From a virus (Duplodnaviria; Caudoviricetes), in IMG/VR virus record IMGVR_UViG_3300031654_000090, positions 1 through 24,755 of that record: a DNA stretch of 24,755 nt. The stretch is one strand, 5' to 3'. The translations under genes were made by a program, and so were the position numbers. Shown one piece after another: positions 1 through 7,264 of the stretch; within the stretch, counting starts at the first letter, position 1; the number at the start of each line of letters is the position of its first letter. The notes beneath the pieces are model-generated. The model saw only the letters and a list, made by a program, of their open reading frames with translations. It ran no database searches and was not told where the DNA came from.

Positions 1-1
1 T

Positions 2-9
2 TATATTTG
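2..9 (+). promoter_or_regulatory. Bacteroidota-type -7 promoter box for the tRNA
   Basis: TATATTTG matches TAnnTTTG, 16 nt upstream of the tRNA 5' end; the -33 box would lie outside the window. Confidence 0.6.
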
Positions 10-24
10 CAGTCAGAAAACAAT

Positions 25-98
25 GGACCCGTAGCTTAATTGGATAGAGCACCTGACTACGGATCAGGAGATTGGGGGTTCGAGTCCCTTCGGGTTCA
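25..98 (+). tRNA. tRNA-Arg (anticodon ACG), probable prophage integration site
   Basis: Cloverleaf: acceptor GGACCCG/CGGGTTC plus discriminator A98, D arm GCTT..GAGC, anticodon arm CCTGA-CTACGGA-TCAGG, T arm GGGGG-TTCGAGT-CCCTT; CCA not encoded. Confidence 0.96.
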
Positions 99-99
99 C

Positions 100-128
100 A
101 AGCCTTTCAGAAATGGAAGGCTTTTTTT
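100..128 (+). terminator. Intrinsic terminator after the tRNA
   Basis: AAGCCTTTC-AGAAAT-GGAAGGCTT stem-loop followed by a T run. Confidence 0.8.
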
Positions 129-160
129 ATGCATTTTCCCAAAATATATGTATGTTTGTC

Positions 161-179
161 AAATATATTGTGCAATTAT
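161..179. promoter_or_regulatory. 19-bp operator-like site, copy 1 (exact inverted copy at 1979-1997)
   Basis: AAATATATTGTGCAATTAT is the exact reverse complement of 1979-1997; near-palindromic core ATTGTGCAAT. Confidence 0.65.
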
Positions 180-196
180 GAGTAAAGGCATGTTAT

Positions 197-293
197 ATTT
201 TTGCTACCAATTTGCTACCTGAGCGTGTTTTTTTCTCATTTTTGCTACCAGTTTGCTACCGAAAATATAAACATGCATTCTGGTAGCAAAAAT
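197..293. repeat. Integrase arm-type binding site array
   Basis: TTTGCTACC at 200, 211, 241 and 252, and inverted at 282-290; two 23-bp tandem units (197-219, 238-260) are 22/23 identical; lies between tRNA and int. Confidence 0.8.
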
Positions 294-307
294 TAACCTT
301 TAAGACT

Positions 308-1516
308 ATGAAAGACGTTGTTTATAAACTGATATTCAATAGAAAAAAGATAAAATTACAGCCAAACGAAACCTCCCTTATTCAAATTGAAGCGTACCTC
401 AATGGAAAACGCCGGTATTTTTCAACCGGACAAAGAGTACTGAAAAGCCAGTGGTCAGAAAAAAATATGGTCGTACAGCGACATGAAAACCAAATTAAGA
501 TCAATCAGCAATTGCGAAACAAAATTGCAATATTACAGGCACGTGAACTTGAAGTAAAAGAGTTTGGGAAAAAGTTTACACTTAAAGATTTTGATGGAAT
601 AGCACTTGATGAGAAACGCCCTGACAACTTTATAGAGTTCATAGAGGCAACCTTTAATAAGATTAAGCATCAATACGCTGAAGGTACAAGGCTCAGCTAT
701 GAGTCTTTTATTAGGATTTTTAAAGAGTGGGGGCAAATGTCAGCCTTTGCTGACATCAGTTATGATAACCTTTTGCTCTTTGATAGATGGGTTCGTAGCA
801 AAGTAACTTCACAGGCGACAATTTATAACTACCATAAAAGGCTCAAGGTGTTTATCCGTGCAGCTATTTCAGCCGGCAAATTGCCTTATTTAGCAAACCC
901 TTACAATAAGTTTCAGCTAAGAAAGGGTAAAAGCCGTCCGAAATATTTAACTATAGAAGAGTTAACAGCTATTGAGAACAAAGAAATAAAGGTTGAAAGG
1001 CTTCAAAAAATCCGAGATGTGTTCGTGTTTTGCTGTTATACAGGATTCGGTTACAAAGAAGCAGAGAGCTTGGAACCATCAAATATCATTACACGTAATG
1101 GTCAGCAATGGATTGAAGTACAAAGGCAAAAGACCGATACTCCTGAGAACGTGCCTTTACTTTCAAAAGCCCGTGAAATAATTGACAGATATCGTAACTA
1201 CCGGCCCGGCAAATTACTACCTGTCATATCAAACCAGACTATGAATGTTTACCTGAAAGAACTTGCTACTATATGTGAAGTAGATAAAAAGCTAACGACT
1301 CATGTAGCCAGGCATACCTTTGCTACAACCGTGACACTGCTCAATGGTGTATCTATTGAGGTCGTTTCAAAAATGCTTGGACATACAAACATTAAAACAA
1401 CGCAAATTTACGCTGAAGTAATAAATGAACGTGTTGAAGAGGAAATGCGCCAAGTACAGGATAAGCTAAGTAGGAAAAATACGGACCTTCCGCCCGGAAG
1501 CGTCAAGCCGGTATAA
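308..1516 (+). CDS. int: Site-specific tyrosine integrase (Bacteroidota arm-binding/SAM-like/catalytic architecture)
   Basis: HVARHTFAT, LGH and TTQIYA catalytic motifs, RQKT lysine; N-terminal RRYFSTG arm-domain motif; adjacent to tRNA. Confidence 0.95.
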   Translation: MKDVVYKLIFNRKKIKLQPNETSLIQIEAYLNGKRRYFSTGQRVLKSQWSEKNMVVQRHENQIKINQQLRNKIAILQARELEVKEFGKKFTLKDFDGIALDEKRPDNFIEFIEATFNKIKHQYAEGTRLSYESFIRIFKEWGQMSAFADISYDNLLLFDRWVRSKVTSQATIYNYHKRLKVFIRAAISAGKLPYLANPYNKFQLRKGKSRPKYLTIEELTAIENKEIKVERLQKIRDVFVFCCYTGFGYKEAESLEPSNIITRNGQQWIEVQRQKTDTPENVPLLSKAREIIDRYRNYRPGKLLPVISNQTMNVYLKELATICEVDKKLTTHVARHTFATTVTLLNGVSIEVVSKMLGHTNIKTTQIYAEVINERVEEEMRQVQDKLSRKNTDLPPGSVKPV

Positions 1517-1561
1517 CTCCCCGTCTATTAACAGGATTATTTTGATATTATAGTTCGGTTG

Positions 1562-1585
1562 CGCCTTTCGTATTATATGAAGGCG
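1562..1585. terminator. Hairpin between the convergent int and repressor genes
   Basis: CGCCTT(T)CGTA-TTA-TATGAAGGCG stem-loop immediately beyond the repressor stop codon; no strong U tract. Confidence 0.4.
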
Positions 1586-1586
1586 T

Positions 1587-1937
1587 TTACTTGGGCTTAA
1601 TTTGTTCATAGACACTCTCTGAAAATCTATCGTAAAAATCTTGCAAATACTTTAACTGCTTCTCAAGCTTTTCAATAATCTTTTCTTTATCCTCAATCCG
1701 GGCTTTGAGTTGATTAACCAAAGTAGACTGATCTAATTGTAGTAATTCTATCAAGGGAATCTTAAAATGTTCCGAGATTTTAAGAAGATGTTCAACTGGC
1801 ATAGACGTTTTTCCGGTGAAATAGTTTGTGATTGTATTCCTGGAACAGCCTAATACGTTAGCAAGTTCACTATAAGACATATTTTTTTCCGTAAGCAAGC
1901 CAGCTATACGGTTAAGGTATTCAACCCTTTGAGCCAT
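1587..1937 (-). CDS. XRE/CI-like HTH repressor with C-terminal coiled coil
   Basis: MSYSELANVLGCSRNTITNYFTGKTSMPVEHLLKISEHF is a typical XRE HTH; only convincingly coding minus-strand gene, divergent from the early operon. Confidence 0.88.
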   Translation of the reverse strand: MAQRVEYLNRIAGLLTEKNMSYSELANVLGCSRNTITNYFTGKTSMPVEHLLKISEHFKIPLIELLQLDQSTLVNQLKARIEDKEKIIEKLEKQLKYLQDFYDRFSESVYEQIKPK

Positions 1938-1978
1938 TTTGGTTGATTTTAAATTAAAATTTAAAGCTTAAGACTTTT

Positions 1979-2032
1979 ATAATTGCACAATATATTTATC
2001 TTTGTAACCAATATTATGACATACGTCATAAT
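1979..2032 (+). promoter_or_regulatory. Early rightward promoter with flanking operator candidates
   Basis: TATCTTTG (1997-2004) is a perfect TAnnTTTG; 19-bp repeat at 1979-1997 abuts it; perfect inverted repeat ATTATGAC-N4-GTCATAAT at 2013-2032. Confidence 0.65.
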
Positions 2033-2177
2033 TAATTGTGAAAGACTCATATTATTTTGTGTTAATTAATTAGCAATTTAGGCAATTTAAATTCAGTATG
2101 CAAAAAAAATTTTGTATAAGAACTAACAATACTATATAAGACACTGATTAACAGAAAGAAAAAAATAAGAATATGCT

Positions 2178-2432
2178 ATGGAAAATATAATGATCGCAGT
2201 TGACAAGGCAGCCTTTGAGGATATGAACCGCAAAATTGACCTGCTAATGAAAGGCAACGAAGTAAATGATTTTGAAAGACCTATGAATGTAGAACAGGCT
2301 GCTCAGTTCCTTAGCATATCCCGGAGAACACTTTATGAATATATGAATAAAAGAAACCTGCCATTTCATAAGATGGGTTCTGCAACACGGTTTTTCCGGT
2401 CTGAACTTATTAACTGGTTAAAAGAGAGCTAA
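2178..2432 (+). CDS. Excisionase-like (MerR-type winged HTH, HTH_17-like) DNA-binding protein
   Basis: MNVEQAAQFLSISRRTLYEYMNKRNLPFHKMGSATRFFRSELINWL; first gene of the early operon. Confidence 0.88.
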   Translation: MENIMIAVDKAAFEDMNRKIDLLMKGNEVNDFERPMNVEQAAQFLSISRRTLYEYMNKRNLPFHKMGSATRFFRSELINWLKES

Positions 2433-2480
2433 ATGGAAACAAAGAAAAATACATATTTTTTAAAAAATGATGCTAAAATA

Positions 2481-2512
2481 TTTGTTAGTTATTATCCGAA
2501 TTCGTATATTTA
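2481..2512 (+). promoter_or_regulatory. Possible internal early promoter
   Basis: TTTG (2481-2484), 20-nt spacer, TATATTTA (2505-2512; one mismatch to TAnnTTTG). Confidence 0.35.
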
Positions 2513-2536
2513 TTTGAACCTTTAAAAACTACAATT

Positions 2537-3001
2537 ATGAATATAATTACATCCAAACCAGTTGATTTATTTGAAGTACTTAACGAAGCATTCTTTGCAA
2601 ATATCTCAATTCCTGAGCTTCCTGAACCAAAAGTAGAACCGGCTGAAAAGCTTATACTACCTACCTACCGTATCAAAGAATATCTCATAAAGAATTTCAC
2701 AGAAGAATTTGATCCTTGCAACATGATGGATGAATTTATTGGAGATTGTTTAATTGATTTCAAAGACGGTTCAAGACTTTACTTAGCCTATACGGTAGGC
2801 TTAAGCCCCTTTGAAGGCTGGGACTATAATGAAGACGCTGAAATAGCTTGTGCCTCCTTTTTGTCTTTCGATCTTGATGAAATGGTAGCATACAATAAGC
2901 ATGAAGAAGAGATTGAAATAGATAGCATGCCGCTTAAAGATATTGAAGAATTATTAACCCTGACATTTGAAACGCTTATTAATACAAGATATGCAGGTTA
3001 A
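2537..3001 (+). CDS. Acidic hypothetical early protein
   Basis: 154-aa ORF preceded by the conserved start-associated motif; D/E-rich; no recognised domain. Confidence 0.7.
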   Translation: MNIITSKPVDLFEVLNEAFFANISIPELPEPKVEPAEKLILPTYRIKEYLIKNFTEEFDPCNMMDEFIGDCLIDFKDGSRLYLAYTVGLSPFEGWDYNEDAEIACASFLSFDLDEMVAYNKHEEEIEIDSMPLKDIEELLTLTFETLINTRYAG

Positions 3002-3200
3002 GACATTTGAACAAAAGTGTGAAGAGTGGGCTCAAGCCTTCAAGGATTGTAAAAACCTTGAAGAGCTTCAGCGTTTAGAAAGTACATTTATCCAGTTCCG
3101 CAACCTGAGCGTTTTGAATGGAGATATTGTTGACTGGTCGCACCTTAAGCCTATTATGTCAGCTTACAAACAGCAAAAACAAATATTAACAAACCTTTAA
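2991..3200 (+). CDS. Hypothetical early protein (69 aa)
   Basis: In-frame ATG at 2991 overlaps the previous stop region and is preferred over the TTG at 2967; fills the operon gap. Confidence 0.65.
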   Translation: MQVKTFEQKCEEWAQAFKDCKNLEELQRLESTFIQFRNLSVLNGDIVDWSHLKPIMSAYKQQKQILTNL

Positions 3201-3204
3201 GACT

Positions 3205-4173
3205 ATGATTAGTATTGAAAGTAACGAGACCTATCAGGAATTTAAAGCAAAGTACAACTTTGTTTCACCTTCCGACATTAAGGGGACTACGACCCCGGAA
3301 GAGTACCTTATAAAGATCAACAAGCCAAGAGAACATAAAAACTATTTTGACATAGGTACAGCTGCACACACCATGATACTTGAACCGCACAGGTGGAAAA
3401 AAGAAATTATAGTAGCACTTAATAAAGACTTTCCCAGCCCTGACAAAGTAAATAAGGACGGTTCTATTAACATGGTTGACTCCGGCAATAAAGCTCACAT
3501 GAAAGCTTTGAGAGAGTCTAATCCGGACAAGGTTATTCTCATGGAGTCTTACTATAACAACGTCAAAAGAATGGCTGAGTCAGCAATGAGAGTAAAAGGT
3601 ATTCAGGACGTTCTTAGCTTGCCTCTAAATGGTAAGGAAAAACCGTTAACCTCACATATTGAAAAATCACTATACGTTAAATACATATTCACGGACGCCG
3701 GTCACCTGATCGGAATAGAACCAGTTGAAAAAGGATACAGGCGGAAAAAGAGTGAAATACTTGTAGCAACACGTCCTGACCTTGTTAATCCAGCCGGGTA
3801 CTACCTTGATGTTAAAACAGCCAGCACAATAGAACCTGAATCTTTTGCCAGGGATTGTGCCAGCCTTGAATACGACATTCAGGGAGCAATGGGATGCGAC
3901 ATAGCTTCAGTGTGCTACGGCTTTTCTGTGGAGTCCTTTTTGATACTTGCTATTGAGAATGTTTACCCGTTCCGGGCTGCACTTTACGACATGTTAACGG
4001 AAGATTTATTAGACGCTCAGAAGGTTTATTTAAGGCGTTTGAACATGCTCAGGGAGTCCTTTAACAGTAGACGCTTTGCAGGTTACGAAATTAATTCAAC
4101 AAACGAATACGGACTTCTCACGTTACGCATGCCAACATGGTATAAACAAAGATCACTTAATGCAAAATTCTAA
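3205..4173 (+). CDS. PD-(D/E)XK exonuclease, RecE/ExoVIII-like (DUF3799-type)
   Basis: GTAAHTMILEP, RPD, LDVKTA and YDIQGA motifs; directly upstream of recT. Confidence 0.85.
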   Translation: MISIESNETYQEFKAKYNFVSPSDIKGTTTPEEYLIKINKPREHKNYFDIGTAAHTMILEPHRWKKEIIVALNKDFPSPDKVNKDGSINMVDSGNKAHMKALRESNPDKVILMESYYNNVKRMAESAMRVKGIQDVLSLPLNGKEKPLTSHIEKSLYVKYIFTDAGHLIGIEPVEKGYRRKKSEILVATRPDLVNPAGYYLDVKTASTIEPESFARDCASLEYDIQGAMGCDIASVCYGFSVESFLILAIENVYPFRAALYDMLTEDLLDAQKVYLRRLNMLRESFNSRRFAGYEINSTNEYGLLTLRMPTWYKQRSLNAKF

Positions 4174-4191
4174 CCTTTAAATACTACAATC

Positions 4192-5046
4192 ATGGAAAAT
4201 CAAAACAATCAAACAAGCACTCAAACAAGTAAAAAGACACCGGCTAATTTAACAGCGGCGCAAATATTCAAGCGTGATCTGAATAAGTACGAAAGCGTTG
4301 TAGCTAAGCTACTCGGAGAAAAAATGTCAGCGGAAAAATTCATTTCTATTGTTGACAATGCCGTTCGCAAGACTCCGAAGCTATTAGATTGTGACCGGGC
4401 AAGCCTGTTCGGAGCTATACTTACTTCAGCAGAAATGGCACTTGAGCCAAATACGCCGGCTGGTCTGTCATATATCATTCCTTATAAAAATCAGGCTCAG
4501 TTTCAAATAGGTTACCATGGAGTTATTAACCTGCTTTACAGAAGCAGCAAGATCGAAAAAATAATTTCCGAAATGGTCTATGAGAACGATGAGTTTGACA
4601 GGTATATGGATGACTCAATGAACTGGCGGTTCAAGTTCAGGCCGGCAACAGGTAACCGGGGTAAAGAGGTCGGAGCATTCGCTATTGTTCACCTCAGAGA
4701 TACGACGCCCGAATTTAAGTATATGTCAATAACTGAGCTTGAAGAGATAAAGAAAAAAAGTCAGTCACCTCAAACATACGATAAGGAAAACGACCCTCAA
4801 AGGTGGATGTACCGCAAGGCTGTCATAAAACAGATAGCAAAGCTTTTGCCAAAAGGTGATGACACGGTTGCTATAACTAACGCCCTGAACCTTGACAGTA
4901 TGCTGGAAGGTGGAGCTACCGTAACAATGGAAACAGATGGAAAAATAACGATAAACAAGTCTGAAAACAATTATAATGAGGTGTCCGAAGATAAGCTTCA
5001 CAAATACTTTGGTAAGAACGCAACGGACGCTGAAGTGGTTAACTAA
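4192..5046 (+). CDS. recT: RecT-family single-strand annealing recombinase
   Basis: PKLLDCDRASLFGAILTSAEMALEP, YIIPY, AQFQIGYHG and MYRKAVIKQIAKLLP motifs. Confidence 0.93.
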   Translation: MENQNNQTSTQTSKKTPANLTAAQIFKRDLNKYESVVAKLLGEKMSAEKFISIVDNAVRKTPKLLDCDRASLFGAILTSAEMALEPNTPAGLSYIIPYKNQAQFQIGYHGVINLLYRSSKIEKIISEMVYENDEFDRYMDDSMNWRFKFRPATGNRGKEVGAFAIVHLRDTTPEFKYMSITELEEIKKKSQSPQTYDKENDPQRWMYRKAVIKQIAKLLPKGDDTVAITNALNLDSMLEGGATVTMETDGKITINKSENNYNEVSEDKLHKYFGKNATDAEVVN

Positions 5047-5060
5047 TAAACCCTAATAAC

Positions 5061-5483
5061 ATGAGCTTAAACAAAGTAATTTTAATTGGAAACGCAGGTA
5101 ACGACCCAGAAGTAACTCATATAGATAGCGGTAGCGTTGTAGCAAACTTTAGCCTTGCTACTAACGAAACATACAAAGATAAGACGGGGGAGAAAAAAAC
5201 AGTAACAGAATGGCATAGATGTGTCGCATGGGGTAAAAATGCTGAAGTGATTGAAGAGTATGTCAAGACAGGTCAGCTATTATACATTGAAGGGCGTATA
5301 AAGACACGGTCATATGAGGATAAGGAAAAAGCAACAAAGTACATAACTGAAGTATTTGTCAGTTCCTTTAAGATTCTTGGAGCAAAAAGGGACGGAGAGC
5401 CTAAGCAGGCAAAGGTGGAAGCCCAGGTTGAAGCAATAGACGAAATACCGCCTCTTGCTGATAAAGGAGACCTACCGTTCTAA
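5061..5483 (+). CDS. ssb: Single-stranded DNA-binding protein
   Basis: LNKVILIGN, NFSLATNE, TEWHR, YIEGRIKTRSY and C-terminal DLPF tail. Confidence 0.97.
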   Translation: MSLNKVILIGNAGNDPEVTHIDSGSVVANFSLATNETYKDKTGEKKTVTEWHRCVAWGKNAEVIEEYVKTGQLLYIEGRIKTRSYEDKEKATKYITEVFVSSFKILGAKRDGEPKQAKVEAQVEAIDEIPPLADKGDLPF

Positions 5484-5485
5484 TC

Positions 5486-5893
5486 ATGGACTTGTTCGTT
5501 ATCCGCAGCAAAAAGAGCCTTCAGCAGTTTACGGAACTTTTAAAAGAGCGACGTCTACCCTTGAAGGTTATGTTGCAGACAATAGACCCGAAACGAACAA
5601 TTAATGAGAATGACTACCTGTTCGGAATCGTTTATAAAATGATTGCCGAACATACAGGACAATCGGTATTAGCAGTACATGAAGCGTACAAGACTCTTTT
5701 CAATATCGAATACTCACCTGATAAAAACGGAAACTGGGCCCTAAGACTCAAAAGTACTACGACATTCAGCACAATGTCAATTATGGAATATGCTGAAAGA
5801 GTAAGAGCTGACGCACTTATTGACATGGGTATTAACATACCATTGCCAAATGAGTGTTTTGTTAACGAACTGGTTTTTAAGCATGAAATGTAA
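5486..5893 (+). CDS. NinB/Orf-like recombination accessory protein
   Basis: KRTINENDYLFG..IAEHTG..VHE and STTTFSTMSIMEYAERV..GINIPLP pattern; recombination-module context. Confidence 0.7.
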   Translation: MDLFVIRSKKSLQQFTELLKERRLPLKVMLQTIDPKRTINENDYLFGIVYKMIAEHTGQSVLAVHEAYKTLFNIEYSPDKNGNWALRLKSTTTFSTMSIMEYAERVRADALIDMGINIPLPNECFVNELVFKHEM

Positions 5894-6224
5894 AAGCAAT
5901 GAGCAAGTCAGAATTGACCGGGAAAATGATAAGACAAAAAAATACCTGCAGTACTCCTACCCTATCTGCATCTTTTGCGGTAGGCTATGCCGGAACGGAG
6001 ACCTTGCCCATAAAGTACCCCGGTCATATACTTCAAGCCGGTGGTCACGTTTTGAGCTTCAGACTATGCGTCAAAACGTGGGACTTGCTCACCGGGAATG
6101 TCACGAAATTTACGATAACGACATGCAAGCGGCTAAACAGCTTCCCCGATATTATACAATCATGGAAGAGATCAAAGCCTTTGAACCGGAATATGCTGAG
6201 AGGCGGCTTTCAAGGTATGGATAG
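5883..6224 (+). CDS. Small HNH-like (NinG/Rap-type) nuclease
   Basis: CIFCG..DLAHKVPRS..NVGLAHRECHEIYD; in-frame ATG at 5883 overlapping the previous stop is preferred over 5820. Confidence 0.7.
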   Translation: MKCKSNEQVRIDRENDKTKKYLQYSYPICIFCGRLCRNGDLAHKVPRSYTSSRWSRFELQTMRQNVGLAHRECHEIYDNDMQAAKQLPRYYTIMEEIKAFEPEYAERRLSRYG

Positions 6225-6316
6225 AAAAAATACTTTTTCGTATATTTTTTTACCGGCTTATTTGGCTGACAATGCCAGTATGTTAACTTTAAATGAAACC
6301 TTTAAAAACTACAATT

Positions 6317-6472
6317 ATGGCTAAGCGGAAAGATTACTCACAAAGGCGATATATGCTGCTCGCCGAATACTATTGCACAAGGATAACACGAAACCTAGAC
6401 CGTGCAATAGAAAACAAATCAAAGTCAAAAACGCGAATTAAATCTATTAGCATCAATGAAAGAGGGAATTGA
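6317..6472 (+). CDS. 51-aa basic protein not in the ORF track
   Basis: MAKRKDYSQRRYMLLAEYYCTRITRNLDRAIENKSKSKTRIKSISINERGN; its start sits in a 23-bp sequence identical to the 2537 start region; overlaps the next start. Confidence 0.6.
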   Translation: MAKRKDYSQRRYMLLAEYYCTRITRNLDRAIENKSKSKTRIKSISINERGN

Positions 6473-7247
6473 TTATTACAGTCATGATGTTGAGTCACAT
6501 ACTCACCCTAAGTTTGGAATGTTAAGAGGTCAGTATGGCTGGGCTGGAGAAGGTATGTTTTGGGCTTTAAACAATATGATAGCTAAGACAAAAGACTGTA
6601 AGCTGGATATGAATACAAAAATAAACCAGCAACACGTAGCCGGCACTTTCGGAATGACTTTCGCAGAGCTGGACAAATTTCTTGACTTTCTAGAAAAAGA
6701 ATGTGACCTGATTATTAACGACGGTGGAATAATAACAACTGACGAAGTTCAAAAGGTCTATAAAAGAGTTATGACACGTCGGAAAAAGGATAAGCAGACT
6801 TATGAGCTTGCTCAATTAGGTGACCGGTTGAAGAACAGACCTGAAGAGGAAACCAATATTCCTGAAGAGGAAACATCAATTCCTGCAAAGGAAATGGAAG
6901 TTCCTGAAGAGGAAAAGAAAAAAATACTAATAATGAAAGACAAGCTTGCCAACTGGTACAAGTTTAATGAAATGAACCATTACACTCAGCTTGCCTACAT
7001 TCACCGGTTCTTGATATTCATATACAAAAAGGATCAGCTCGATCACTTTATTAAGCAGTTCAAAGCTTACGTGGAGTACAAGAATGAGTCAAAGGAAAAG
7101 GTTCACAGCATGAAAAAGTTTCTCGGGGAAGAAAATAGGTTCATGGATGGAGCCTGGAACTCAATTAACTGGGAACAGGAACGGGATATTTACCGCAACA
7201 GGTTCGGTACTCCGGCGTTTGCTGTACAACCCAAAGAAGCAGTATAA
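6456..7247 (+). CDS. Phage replication initiator (DUF4373/Lin1244-like N-terminal winged helix)
   Basis: YYSHDV..LRGQYGWAGEGMFWALNNMI N-terminus; internal iterons; directly upstream of dnaB. Confidence 0.75.
   Translation: MKEGIDYYSHDVESHTHPKFGMLRGQYGWAGEGMFWALNNMIAKTKDCKLDMNTKINQQHVAGTFGMTFAELDKFLDFLEKECDLIINDGGIITTDEVQKVYKRVMTRRKKDKQTYELAQLGDRLKNRPEEETNIPEEETSIPAKEMEVPEEEKKKILIMKDKLANWYKFNEMNHYTQLAYIHRFLIFIYKKDQLDHFIKQFKAYVEYKNESKEKVHSMKKFLGEENRFMDGAWNSINWEQERDIYRNRFGTPAFAVQPKEAV
6838..6940. repeat. Probable replication origin: four iterons at 21-bp period plus an AT-rich tract
   Basis: CCTG(A/C)A(G/A)AGGAAA at 6840, 6861, 6882 and 6903; three of the four carry the full dyad TTCCT-N4-AGGAA; followed by AAAGAAAAAAATACTAATAATGAAA. 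Confidence 0.72.
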
Positions 7248-7264
7248 CCTTTAAAACTATAATT

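Noticed and set aside
40-222. 60-aa ORF in the track
   Set aside because: Overlaps the tRNA, terminator and att sites; spurious.
197-293. Repeats as a mini-CRISPR array
   Set aside because: Units are only 9-23 bp, there are no unique spacers of CRISPR size and no cas genes; position fits integrase arm sites.
1479-1514. GC-rich hairpin at the int 3' end (CTTCC-GCCC-GGAAG)
   Set aside because: Could terminate the minus-strand repressor transcript, but the stem is imperfect and lies in coding sequence; not called.
2433-2525. 30-aa ORF METKKNTYF...
   Set aside because: AT-rich, overlaps a promoter-like region, and has no features to support coding.
2782-2819. Short hairpins AGCCTA-N5-TAGGCT and AGCC-N8-GGCT
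   Set aside because: Short stems inside a CDS, within chance expectation.
5899-6324. 141-aa alternate-frame ORF
   Set aside because: Overlaps the HNH-like gene, which carries the recognisable motifs; only its last 35 codons (ATG 6217) might be real, with no support.
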